From positions 216,816-280,815 of the forward strand of contig JAHPZI010000022.1 of assembly GCA_019058295.1 (NCBI GenBank): a stretch of DNA of 64,000 nt. The letters are read 5' to 3'. Positions 22,031-31,474 of the stretch are shown here, in pieces. The DNA is from Promethearchaeota archaeon (GTDB taxonomy: Archaea; Asgardarchaeota; Lokiarchaeia; Sigyniarchaeales; SOKP01). A program made the translations under genes and the position numbers. The first letter of the stretch is position 1, and each line of letters starts with the position of its first letter. Under the pieces are notes generated by a model. The model did not search any database and was not told the origin of the DNA. It saw nothing but the letters and a program-made list of their open reading frames with translations.

Positions 22031-23188
22031 GTGGGCTTAGAAGATGTGAAAGAATGGCTTCATTACTGTGGAAGGTGTAATTCTTGCAATTATATTTATC
22101 GTGATTATAGGAATTCATGTCCTGCCTTTACAAAATTCTTTTTTGAACCATTTACGAGTAGTGGAAAAATATGGATGGCACTTGATCTATACCAAGGGAA
22201 ATATGATTGGAGTCCATCAATAGTAGAAAAGATTTTTAGTTGTACTTTATGCGGAAATTGTACGGTTCAATGCCAACAAGAGGCAGGAAAACACGCGTTG
22301 GAGATATTTGAAGCGTTAAGAGAAGAGGCTGTGGAGAGAGGATTAGGTCCTTTAGAAGCGCAAAAAAAAATTTTAGAATATATCAATGAAGTTGACAATC
22401 CATATGGCGACCCTAATGAAAACCGATTTAAATCAGTGCCAGAAGAATATTTTAATGATGACGCAGATGTGATTTATTATGTTGGCTGTACATCAGCTTT
22501 TCGAGAAACGCAATTATTTGAAGCTGTCATACCCATTTTGCAGAAATTAGGCGTAAATTTCTCATTATTAAAGGAAGAAGTCTGTTGCGGTAGCCCATTA
22601 ATAACTACAGGTCAATTTAAAGCGGCAAGAAGATTAGCTGAGCACAATGTAAAGATCATTAATGAGCATAAAGCAAAAACAGTTATTGCTTCATGTGCAG
22701 GTTGCTTAAGGACTTTAAAAGCTCAATATGAAAAGAAGTATGGTTTAAAAATTGATAAAGAAGTCTTACATCTAAGCGAATTTTTAGCAAGAAAGCTGAG
22801 GGCACTTAAAAAATTGTATAAAGGAAAGAAAAAGCCAATTGAAATTGCAACTTATCATGATCCATGTCATATAGGACGACATGTAGGAATTTTTGAAGAA
22901 CCAAGAAAAGTGTTAAATTCCATTCCTGGAATAGAATTTGTTGAAATAGGTCGAAATAGGGATAATGCATGGTGTTGTGGTGCAGGTGCAGGAGTGAAGA
23001 TTGGCTTAAAAGAATGGGCTGTTGAAATATCAGAGGACAGAATTAAAGAAGCTGAGGAAACAGGTGCAAAATATTTAGTTTCAACATGTCCCTTTTGCGA
23101 ACGTAATTTACGAGATGCACGAGATGCGTTAAATTCTTCATTAGAAATAATAGACTTATGCCAATTGATACGTAAAAAGTTAGAATAA
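22031..23188 (+). CDS. Fe-S oxidoreductase (GlcF/HdrD-like, 2x[4Fe-4S] + 2 CCG domains)
   Basis: CGRCNSC, CTLCGNC, CCGSP, YHDPCHIGR, CCGAGAG, CPFC; abuts the upstream gene. Confidence 0.88.
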   Translation: MGLEDVKEWLHYCGRCNSCNYIYRDYRNSCPAFTKFFFEPFTSSGKIWMALDLYQGKYDWSPSIVEKIFSCTLCGNCTVQCQQEAGKHALEIFEALREEAVERGLGPLEAQKKILEYINEVDNPYGDPNENRFKSVPEEYFNDDADVIYYVGCTSAFRETQLFEAVIPILQKLGVNFSLLKEEVCCGSPLITTGQFKAARRLAEHNVKIINEHKAKTVIASCAGCLRTLKAQYEKKYGLKIDKEVLHLSEFLARKLRALKKLYKGKKKPIEIATYHDPCHIGRHVGIFEEPRKVLNSIPGIEFVEIGRNRDNAWCCGAGAGVKIGLKEWAVEISEDRIKEAEETGAKYLVSTCPFCERNLRDARDALNSSLEIIDLCQLIRKKLE

Positions 23189-23465
23189 CATAGTTTCTAT
23201 CTAAATTTTTTTTAATTAACCAAAAATGAGTAGATAAGATCTTAGATTTTATCATCTTGTCATATTGAATCCTTCATAGAAAACTTTATTCAAAATTATT
23301 ATCATTAATTTTAGGATTAATTTTAATTTAAGGGCAGATATCAACGAAACATACAATAAATTAACGCTTTTAAAGAGGTTTTTGCAAATTCCAAAATTGT
23401 TAAATATGGTGAAACAAATTTTCAATTAGTTTTAAACTTTAAAAAAATTAGAAAATGGTTTTAAA

Positions 23466-24065
23466 ATGTCAGAAACTGAAGAAAAAGAGAGTGTTGTGTC
23501 AAAAAGATCTCGATTAACATTACAAATTGTTGGAGGAGCCATTTTTGGAGCATTATCACTTGTTCTTTCATTTCTAGCTGCGTTTTTACCGAGAACGCCC
23601 GAAGGACTTGCCTATTTTGACCCGGTATCTATTATTTGGGTTATATGTTATCTAATATTCGGTCCTTTAGCAGGATTAATAAGTGCTGTAATTGGTATGC
23701 TCTTGCTAATGCCTTTTGACCCCTTTGCACCCATCGGTCCATTAATGAAATTTACAGCGACCGTCGCATTAATACTTCCAAGCTATCTGTTAATGAAATA
23801 TGTTAAAAAAGATGTTAGTAGTGGAACTTTGAAAGAACCAAAAACTTATGCGACTTACGGTGTAATCGGGATAATTGTTAGAATTGGAGTAATGGTACCT
23901 TTTAACATTGTAGTATATATTGCGCTTGGATATCCTCCTCAGTTTTTAGGAGCTTATCTTATTATAGTAGTTTTAATTAACGCCCTTCAAAGCGTATGGG
24001 ATCTCGTAATTCCATATTTGATTGTTTACGGAGCAAAAATAGACGAAAAATTCGAGATTTGGTAA
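23466..24065 (+). CDS. ECF transporter S component (substrate unknown)
   Basis: ~6 TM helices, FDPVSI...FGPLAG, IGPLMKF. Confidence 0.7.
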   Translation: MSETEEKESVVSKRSRLTLQIVGGAIFGALSLVLSFLAAFLPRTPEGLAYFDPVSIIWVICYLIFGPLAGLISAVIGMLLLMPFDPFAPIGPLMKFTATVALILPSYLLMKYVKKDVSSGTLKEPKTYATYGVIGIIVRIGVMVPFNIVVYIALGYPPQFLGAYLIIVVLINALQSVWDLVIPYLIVYGAKIDEKFEIW

Positions 24066-24076
24066 TAGATAAATCC

Positions 24077-24093
24077 TTTTTTTTCTTTTTTTT
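24077..24093 (+). terminator. Archaeal-type oligo-T terminator candidate
   Basis: T-tract just after stop 24065; similar tracts follow stops at 1670, 5905, 8999, 30040 and 43310. Confidence 0.45.
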
Positions 24094-24173
24094 TATATCA
24101 AGAAATTAAACTAAAGATATAGTTTAACTCCAATTTTCAGGTTCTTAATGTTTTTTTATTAAAATAAGAAAAA

Positions 24174-24743
24174 CTAATCTATTTGAAAAGCTACTTCGTA
24201 ATTGCCTAAAACTTTTTGAATTAATCTTAAGAACGCTTTTTCAACATTGTCACCATTTTTAGCACTCGTTTCGATGAAATCAGCAGCGTTAATTTCATTT
24301 GCCAAATTTTTTCCATCTTCTTTATTGACATTTCGTTCATCTACTAAATCGTTCTTATTACCAATTAAAAGATAAACACTATTTTTTAACCCAAAGTAAT
24401 TTTTAAAATCTTCATACCACTTTGATTTGATATTATTAAACGTAGTTGGTCTGGTTATATCATAAATAAATAATGCTCCCACACATCCTTCGAAATAAAA
24501 TTTTCGATATTTTTGATATTTTTCCTGCCCAGCTATATCCCACAAAATTAAGGAAACTTTCGATTTAATTTGTTCGAGAATTACGCTTGTCTTCACTATG
24601 GACACGCCAATTGTAGGTTTATAGTCCTCCTCAAACCTTTTTTCCACATATTGATTAATTAAGGATGTTTTTCCTACAGCGTTATCTCCAAGCAAAACGA
24701 ACTTAAAAATCCAATGATCAATTTCCTCCATTTTATCTATCAT
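24174..24743 (-). CDS. Rab-like small GTPase (Ras superfamily; eukaryotic signature protein)
   Basis: G1 GDNAVGKTS, G2 PTIG, G3 WDIAGQE, G4 NKND, G5 ETSAK; AAGGAG upstream. Confidence 0.95.
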   Translation of the reverse strand: MIDKMEEIDHWIFKFVLLGDNAVGKTSLINQYVEKRFEEDYKPTIGVSIVKTSVILEQIKSKVSLILWDIAGQEKYQKYRKFYFEGCVGALFIYDITRPTTFNNIKSKWYEDFKNYFGLKNSVYLLIGNKNDLVDERNVNKEDGKNLANEINAADFIETSAKNGDNVEKAFLRLIQKVLGNYEVAFQID

Positions 24744-24924
24744 TCCGCTGATCTCCTTAAGAACTTATGTCCAAAAGTAATATCAAATTTTAGATTCTTA
24801 ACTCCAAATTCAGTTAATACTACCCTAGTTATTAAATCTTAATTTAATTTCTATATTAACTATGTTTTTTATTCTTATTTATATATTTATTTTGATTTTA
24901 ATATAAAATTTATAAAATAATACT

Positions 24925-25509
24925 TCAATAAATGTTAAAAATTATATCTTTTAAGGCTCTTTTAGGAATATGCATTACACCTTTATTATCTTTCCAATAT
25001 TTAAAAGATTCTTTATATGGTTCTACAACTGATTCTTCGTCGGGAAAGCCCAAACTTATTACATGAGTAATTTCATAATAATCAGGAATTTCAAATAGCG
25101 TTCTAATTCCTTTTGCATTAATTGATCCCATCCAACACCCTCCTAATCCATATTTTACCGCACCTAAGAGTATATTCTCAACAGCAGCTCCTATATCATA
25201 ATCAAAATAGCTTTTCTTTATATTAGTATTTACAAGGATAATAATATAAGCTGTAGGACGCCTATTTTCTTCTGGAATCCTTTCATCTTGGGGAAGAGAG
25301 GCAGCCCATCTTACCAATGGGAATATTTTTTCCCTCATTTCAGGAGTATGTACAATAATATATTCAAGGCCTTGAATATTACTTGCCGCAGGAGCAACGC
25401 GAGCAAAATCAATGATTTTTTTTAAGATTTCATCAGGAATTGTTTTTTGTTTAAATCTACGGATTGTTCTTCTTTTATAGATAGCATCTTCTATATCCAT
25501 TTGTTTCAC
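24925..25509 (-). CDS. Nitroreductase family protein
   Basis: RRTIRRF, APAASNIQ, DIGAAVENI, LGFP, PKR. Confidence 0.88.
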   Translation of the reverse strand: MKQMDIEDAIYKRRTIRRFKQKTIPDEILKKIIDFARVAPAASNIQGLEYIIVHTPEMREKIFPLVRWAASLPQDERIPEENRRPTAYIIILVNTNIKKSYFDYDIGAAVENILLGAVKYGLGGCWMGSINAKGIRTLFEIPDYYEITHVISLGFPDEESVVEPYKESFKYWKDNKGVMHIPKRALKDIIFNIY

Positions 25510-25600
25510 CTAAATTAATACTTTTACTATAGTTTTTTATCTTTAAAAACAATTGCATATCAATTAAAATGTAAAAATACATAATCATTATTTGATTGAA

Positions 25601-26860
25601 ATGAGCATTTCTAAAGAAATTCAAGCATTTTTATTAAATAATTCCATTGACCGGTTCTTGAGATATGTCAAAATATGGACTACTTCAGATGAGATTTCAA
25701 AAACATTTCCATCTACCAAAAATCAATTTGAATTAGGAAAATTATTAGCTGAGGAGTTGAAAAGCCTTAATTTAGAAAATATAGTTCATGATAAATTTGG
25801 TTTTGTTTACGCCTTTTTACCAGCAAGTAAAGGATTTGAAGAAGTACAAACAATTGGTTTAATAGCCCATCTAGATACTTCACCGGCCGTAAATGGTAAA
25901 GATGTAAAACCAGTTATTCATAAAAATTACAATGGAAGCGATATTAAATTCGCTCAAAATGATGACTTAACCTTGGCAACTGTAGATTCTCCTCAATTAA
26001 AAGAATACATAGGTCTTGATATAATTACATCTCAAGGAGATACTTTACTTGGAGCAGATAATAAAGCAGGCATTGCTGAGATCATGACAGCTTGTGCTAC
26101 ATGGCAGAAGTTTCCTGAATTGAAACATGGTCCAATAGTGATATGTTTTACACCTGACGAAGAAATTGGTCGGGGTACAACAAAGATCAATAAAAAAAAG
26201 CTCCCCGAAGTGTGCTATACTATGGATGGATCAGAAATGGGACAATTAGAAATTGAATGTTTCGACGCTTGGGGTGTGGTAATTAAATTTAAAGGGCTCA
26301 ATGTTCATCCAGGATACGCTAAAGGTTTAATGATAAATGCTATACATATGGCTAGCCGATTTTTAAGCAACCTTCCAGAAGCAGAATCCCCTGAGAAAAC
26401 TGAAGAAAGGGAGGGTTTTTATCATCTTTCGTATCTCAAAGGTAATGAAGAAGAAGCATCAGCAGCTCTAATTGTTAGAGATTTTGAATTGGAGAACAAT
26501 AAAAAAAGAATGGAATATTTAAAAAGTTTAAAATCTAAGTATGAAGCTCTTTATCCCGGTCTTAAAATAGAACTAGCTTTTAAACACCAATATGAAAACA
26601 TGTTTACATATTTAAAAAAGAAAGAAAAAATTGTTGATTTAGCGAAAAAAGCAATTAAATTAGCCGGAATAGAAGTTAAAATTCACTCAATCAGAGGTGG
26701 AACTGATGGTGCTAAATTATCTTCAAAAGGAATTCCAACTCCAAATATATTTGCAGGGGGTATATTGTTTCATTCAAGAAAAGAATATATCCCTACACTT
26801 GCCTTACAAAAAGCCTCAGAAGTTTTAATTCATTTAGCAAATTTATGGACTAAAGAATAA
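25601..26860 (+). CDS. pepT: Peptidase T (M20B tripeptidase)
   Basis: AHLDT, LLGADNKAG, FTPDEEIG, HPGYAKG, IRGGTDG, FHSRKE. Confidence 0.92.
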   Translation: MSISKEIQAFLLNNSIDRFLRYVKIWTTSDEISKTFPSTKNQFELGKLLAEELKSLNLENIVHDKFGFVYAFLPASKGFEEVQTIGLIAHLDTSPAVNGKDVKPVIHKNYNGSDIKFAQNDDLTLATVDSPQLKEYIGLDIITSQGDTLLGADNKAGIAEIMTACATWQKFPELKHGPIVICFTPDEEIGRGTTKINKKKLPEVCYTMDGSEMGQLEIECFDAWGVVIKFKGLNVHPGYAKGLMINAIHMASRFLSNLPEAESPEKTEEREGFYHLSYLKGNEEEASAALIVRDFELENNKKRMEYLKSLKSKYEALYPGLKIELAFKHQYENMFTYLKKKEKIVDLAKKAIKLAGIEVKIHSIRGGTDGAKLSSKGIPTPNIFAGGILFHSRKEYIPTLALQKASEVLIHLANLWTKE

Positions 26861-26870
26861 TAACATTAAT

Positions 26871-28100
26871 TTAATTCTTTTTTTGAATGATTTTAGAAAA
26901 ATCTGTAGCAATAAACACAATCATACATATAAATAACATTATTGAAATGTATATAAACGCCCATGTAAACGAAAAGAAATAATAGATTAGACCGAAAATC
27001 AAGGACTCAGCTAGCGATATAAGACCGACCGATAAGTAGTAATATCCATAGGCACGCCCTCTTTTATTTTTACCCGCTAAGTCAGCAACGTAAGCTCTTG
27101 ATATAGGATCTACTGATGCCATGTAGAATCCAAACATTATAAAAATTAAAATTATCAATATAAGAGAATATGTTGAAACAACTACGGGAAAAGCTAGTAA
27201 AATACATGAAATTAATAAGCTTGATAACCCTGTAATAATTACTGGTTTGCGTCCGATTTTATCAGAAAGCGATCCAGTCATTGGAGAAAAAATAACATAA
27301 ACGATATTAGAAATTAGATAAAAAAGGGGGATTAAGAAAATATATTCAATTGATACATAATCAGCAGATCGGATTATAAGGAATGCAATATCTAAGCTGG
27401 CAAATTCGATAACACCAAGAATTATGATTAATTTAATGAAATTCTTATCGATTTTATCGACTCTGGGAACCCCTGCATATTTAAACATGGTCTCATCCAT
27501 TTTAGTTGGATCAACATCTTTTACGGTTAATATTAAAATTATGGCACATATGCCAGGAATTATGGAAAAAAATATTATCTGAGAATAGGACCATGCGATA
27601 AATAAAAACAAGAATGCAAGAAGAGACCCTACTACTGCCCCCAATGTATCCATTGCTCTATGAATTCCGAATGCTTTTCCCTTTTCAATTGCATAATAAG
27701 AAATAAGAGTGTCTCTGGAAGAAGTTCTGAGACCTTTACCAAAACGATCAGTAGTCTTTAGTGCTAAAACATATTCCCAAGATGGACTAAAACCTATAAA
27801 GGGTTTAGAAAGATTCGAAATTGTATATCCCGCAACAACAAACGGTTTTCTTTTGTTTATTTTATCGCTTGTCCACCCAGAAGCACCTTTTAAAATGTTC
27901 GAAGCTGCTGTTGTTACACCCGAAATTAATCCTAAAATTAAAACAGTCCCGCCAATAGAAAGAATAAAAAGTGGCAAGATGCTTTGAATCATCTCACTAG
28001 AGACATCAGTAAAAAAAGAGACAAGTCCCATAATAAAAACTGGTACAGAAACTCCGAATATCAATCGTGGTTCTTTACTAGGTTTTTCTTCTTCTGTCAA
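26871..28100 (-). CDS. MFS transporter
   Basis: 12 TM, DVSSEM, SDKI..RK motifs, DRFGKGLR, HRAMDTLG; TTG start. Confidence 0.9.
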   Translation of the reverse strand: MTEEEKPSKEPRLIFGVSVPVFIMGLVSFFTDVSSEMIQSILPLFILSIGGTVLILGLISGVTTAASNILKGASGWTSDKINKRKPFVVAGYTISNLSKPFIGFSPSWEYVLALKTTDRFGKGLRTSSRDTLISYYAIEKGKAFGIHRAMDTLGAVVGSLLAFLFLFIAWSYSQIIFFSIIPGICAIILILTVKDVDPTKMDETMFKYAGVPRVDKIDKNFIKLIIILGVIEFASLDIAFLIIRSADYVSIEYIFLIPLFYLISNIVYVIFSPMTGSLSDKIGRKPVIITGLSSLLISCILLAFPVVVSTYSLILIILIFIMFGFYMASVDPISRAYVADLAGKNKRGRAYGYYYLSVGLISLAESLIFGLIYYFFSFTWAFIYISIMLFICMIVFIATDFSKIIQKKN

Positions 28101-28140
28101 AATAAATAAAATAACTTAAGTTTCCTTAGACTTATTAATT

Positions 28141-28167
28141 TATAGGTAAATTTAAATTATTTAATAT
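28141..28167 (+). promoter_or_regulatory. 27-bp direct repeat copy 1 (BRE/TATA-like element)
   Basis: tataggtaaatttaaattatttaatat, identical to 29361..29387. Confidence 0.6.
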
Positions 28168-28212
28168 TGTGATGGGAAAGAGTTAAAATAATCCCAAACT
28201 AATTATTTTTAC

Positions 28213-29337
28213 ATGGAAAATCAAAAATTTGATGTTATAATCGTTGGTGCTGGACCGGCGGGATCATTAGCTGCGAGAAAAACTGCTGAAAAAGGATTAA
28301 ACGTACTGTTAGTTGAGGATCACAAAGAAATTGGACGCCCTGTACATTGTTCTGGTTGGATTAATGGTTGTCCATATACAGAAAAACTTATTGAAGAATT
28401 TGGTAGAGAGGAAATAATTACTCCCGTCGACCGTTGGCGCGTGTGGACTCCTAGTGGAGAGTTTGCTTATGAATTTAAATTTAATGGCGGTTATTTCGTC
28501 GACAGAGTAAGACTTGACCAATTCCTTGCTATAAAAGCTATTCAAGCAGGAGCCAATTTAAGCATTCGAACAAAAGTGTTAGATTTAATCAAAGAAGATG
28601 AGAAAATCCTTGGTGTAATTATCCAAAGAAAAGGAAAAACTGAAAAAATCTTCTCGGATATATTAATAGGCTGCGATGGTGCTGGATCTATACCAGCAGG
28701 TATTGCTAAAAAGTCAGGGATATTACAGTTTGATAAGAAAAAAGGACGAAAATATTTTCCAGGAATCCAAATAGAATTTCTTAACATTAAGGATATGGAT
28801 CCGGGTGTAATAGAAATATTCTTTGGGGCAATATTCGATAAAAATCTAGGAAGTGCATTTGTGTCTCCACTAAAAGAAGGACAAGGTTTGGTTGGCTTTG
28901 GTACTTTTAAAGATTACTTAAATGTGAAGCAGAAACATCCAGTTTTTAAACAACGTCTAAAAAATGCTCAAGTATTCAGTGTAAGGGGGGGTTTATATGC
29001 TGCGTTGATTGGTGAAGCATTAAGAACAGGAACAATGTCTGGTTTAATGTTATGTGGAGATGCTGTTGGATATCATGGTATTATTCACGCAGCGATTTCT
29101 GGTCATATGGCTGCTGATGTTGCTGTGGATGCAATTAATGATTTGGATTTCTCAAAGGAAAAATTACAGGCTTATGACCGTACCCGTCGTAGGCATCCAA
29201 TAACCAGAACAAAGTTGGGTATAAGTTTCCAAAATTTAAATGAAGAAAACCTTAATAGTTTCTTAAAAGAACAAGGAGAAATAATCAATAAAGATATATT
29301 TAAGGGATTAGGAACGTTCGATTATCAATCCAAATAG
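28213..29337 (+). CDS. Geranylgeranyl reductase-family flavoprotein
   Basis: VGAGPAG, IGRPVHCSG, DR..LDQFLA, GCDG, CGDA; divergent C-terminal half. Confidence 0.8.
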   Translation: MENQKFDVIIVGAGPAGSLAARKTAEKGLNVLLVEDHKEIGRPVHCSGWINGCPYTEKLIEEFGREEIITPVDRWRVWTPSGEFAYEFKFNGGYFVDRVRLDQFLAIKAIQAGANLSIRTKVLDLIKEDEKILGVIIQRKGKTEKIFSDILIGCDGAGSIPAGIAKKSGILQFDKKKGRKYFPGIQIEFLNIKDMDPGVIEIFFGAIFDKNLGSAFVSPLKEGQGLVGFGTFKDYLNVKQKHPVFKQRLKNAQVFSVRGGLYAALIGEALRTGTMSGLMLCGDAVGYHGIIHAAISGHMAADVAVDAINDLDFSKEKLQAYDRTRRRHPITRTKLGISFQNLNEENLNSFLKEQGEIINKDIFKGLGTFDYQSK

Positions 29338-29360
29338 ATTTATATTTCTTGAAAGCAATA

Positions 29361-29387
29361 TATAGGTAAATTTAAATTATTTAATAT
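29361..29387 (+). promoter_or_regulatory. 27-bp direct repeat copy 2 (BRE/TATA-like element upstream of ATG 29408)
   Basis: Identical to 28141..28167; TTTAAA about 32-37 nt upstream of the start. Confidence 0.6.
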
Positions 29388-29407
29388 CAAAATATAAATT
29401 GATTTCA

Positions 29408-30040
29408 ATGTCAGGAGAAAAAGATACATTAAAAATTATTGATGAGACGATTAATGCTGTTCAAGGAATTCCAAACATTTTAGAGACAGCAAAAAAGGAA
29501 TTAATGAATATAAAAAATGATAAGGAGAAATTAGAAAGTGAGAAAACTCAATTAGAAAGAGAAAAAACTCAATTAGAACTCGATAAAAAAAAATTAGAAG
29601 CCGAAACTAAACAATTAGAAAAGGATAAACAAGAAAGGGATCAGAAAATAGGACAAATGACTGAAGAACAGATGAGATTACTCGATGAATACGCAAAGGT
29701 GAAAGAAGAATTAAAAAAGTTTGCGAAAATTGCTGCGGAAATGGAAGAACATGAATTAAGTTTTGATAGAATTCAAGCCTTATTATCAATTTATTCTGTC
29801 TTATTAGAGAAAATCTTCCAGGGGCAACCTCATTTTCGCATCTTATACGTCCTTCACGGTCAAAAGGAAGAAATGACAAGAGATGAAATAAAAAACACGA
29901 CCGGAATTCAAGGAGCCATGGTTTTAAGGGCCGTCCAAGAATTAGATAGAGTTGATCTTGTCGAATATGATATGGATACGAGTAAGGCAAAACTTAAGAA
30001 AAGATTATTTCCAAAACCAGTAGAAGAAGTTCAAAAATAA
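29408..30040 (+). CDS. Hypothetical protein: long coiled coil + C-terminal winged-helix-like domain
   Basis: Heptads EKLESEKTQLEREKTQLELDKKKLE; HFRILYVL...MTRDEIKNTTGI..AMVLRAVQEL...LVEY. Confidence 0.7.
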   Translation: MSGEKDTLKIIDETINAVQGIPNILETAKKELMNIKNDKEKLESEKTQLEREKTQLELDKKKLEAETKQLEKDKQERDQKIGQMTEEQMRLLDEYAKVKEELKKFAKIAAEMEEHELSFDRIQALLSIYSVLLEKIFQGQPHFRILYVLHGQKEEMTRDEIKNTTGIQGAMVLRAVQELDRVDLVEYDMDTSKAKLKKRLFPKPVEEVQK

Positions 30041-30102
30041 TTGCCTTTTCTTCTTTTTTTATTTATTTTTGTTAGAAAGATTTTAAATAAATAAGTGATA
30101 AT

Positions 30103-31443
30103 ATGAAAACCGAGAATTATGATATCGTAATTATTGGATCAGGGTTGGGTGGATTGACAGCAGCAACTCTTCTTTCCCGTAAAGGATTCAAAACTCTTGT
30201 GGTGGAAAGTAGAAATCGCATAGGAGGAAGATTTTCCACATTTGAGTATGAAGGTTTTAAATTACCCACTGGTGCGATTCTTATCCCTGATGGTTGGGTA
30301 ATAAAACTCCTTGAGGAGATGGGAATTAATATAAATAATTTAAGACCAGTAACGCGTGTTTATTACAGAATTAATGGTAAGAGCTATGATATACCACCTG
30401 AAATAGGGGTACCAAAGGCGCTTGATATAATAGATAAGCTAGAGAGAGAAGAGGCAGAGAAGAAGGGACGTCCAATGAAACCCGTCGAATTAAGTCAGAT
30501 TATGCGTGGCTATTATAAGAAAATGAAGGGAATTAAACAAGACGAAATTTTAACTGTTCGTGATTGGCTACTCCAGTATACTGAGAATGAAAAGGTGCAT
30601 GAAGCCTTTGATACGCTTTGTACAGGATTGATGATGGCTCACACCTGGGAGCTTCCAATCTCAAAGTTTTTCCTTTTTCAAGCTATGGAGAAGTTTTTCA
30701 TAGCTCCTAACGGAAATCTCAGTATTGCAAAAGAGCTTGCGAGAGTGGTTGAGAAAAATGGATCAGTATGGACTAATTGTCCTGCGAGGAAAATAATTGT
30801 CAAGGAAGGAAAGGCGACAAGTGTAATTGTTGAAAAAGCAGGAGAACAAATTGAGATAAAATGTAAGATAGTTATCAGTAATACAGGAGCCAAAACGACG
30901 GTAGCCTTGGCAGGAAGGGAAAATTTTGATGATGAGTACCTTAAAGTTATGCGTATTAGGCTCAGACCAAGCCCATGCTTATTGGCTTTAATAGCAAGCG
31001 ACAAGCCTCTTTGCTTGGAAGGAATACACGATGGATTAGAAATAATTATGGGATCGCGAAGAATAAAAACAGTTATCCCTATAAGCAATATTTGTCCCGA
31101 ACTTATTCCGCCCGGTCAGCATCTTATTTACACTTCAGCAAAATCCGAATCAACTCTCCATCCCATGGATGTGAAATATGAAATTCAACAAATCAAACGT
31201 GATATTAAGGATTTTTTTCCGGACTTCGAAAAACACGGGCGTATTTTAAAAATGAGAGCATGCGGCATTATAAATGAGTGGCCTGAAGGAAGGACATGGC
31301 TTTGTCATGGTATGCCATCAGAGACACCGATACCTAATCTATTCAATGTAGGAGATTCATGTGTTGCTCCAGGACTTATAGGAACTCCTGGATCTGTTGA
31401 AAGTGGATACAGGGTGGCCGATTTAGTTGAGAAAATTTTATGA
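30103..31443 (+). CDS. Phytoene desaturase-like (COG1233) FAD oxidoreductase
   Basis: GSGLGG, GGRFSTFEYEGFKLPTGA, TPIPNLFNVGD. Confidence 0.82.
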   Translation: MKTENYDIVIIGSGLGGLTAATLLSRKGFKTLVVESRNRIGGRFSTFEYEGFKLPTGAILIPDGWVIKLLEEMGININNLRPVTRVYYRINGKSYDIPPEIGVPKALDIIDKLEREEAEKKGRPMKPVELSQIMRGYYKKMKGIKQDEILTVRDWLLQYTENEKVHEAFDTLCTGLMMAHTWELPISKFFLFQAMEKFFIAPNGNLSIAKELARVVEKNGSVWTNCPARKIIVKEGKATSVIVEKAGEQIEIKCKIVISNTGAKTTVALAGRENFDDEYLKVMRIRLRPSPCLLALIASDKPLCLEGIHDGLEIIMGSRRIKTVIPISNICPELIPPGQHLIYTSAKSESTLHPMDVKYEIQQIKRDIKDFFPDFEKHGRILKMRACGIINEWPEGRTWLCHGMPSETPIPNLFNVGDSCVAPGLIGTPGSVESGYRVADLVEKIL

Positions 31444-31474
31444 TTCCATTTGAAAACTTATAAAATGTGATATC

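Noticed and set aside
23190-23465. Riboswitch upstream of the ECF S component, or an IS remnant (ADINETY resembling DETY)
   Set aside because: No FMN/TPP/cobalamin consensus or convincing stems by eye, and the transposase similarity is too short. An Rfam/Infernal scan would settle it.
24741-24836. Short open frame upstream of the GTPase ending in an ATGA overlap
   Set aside because: An in-frame stop precedes it and it has no start codon; better explained as 5' UTR with an SD.
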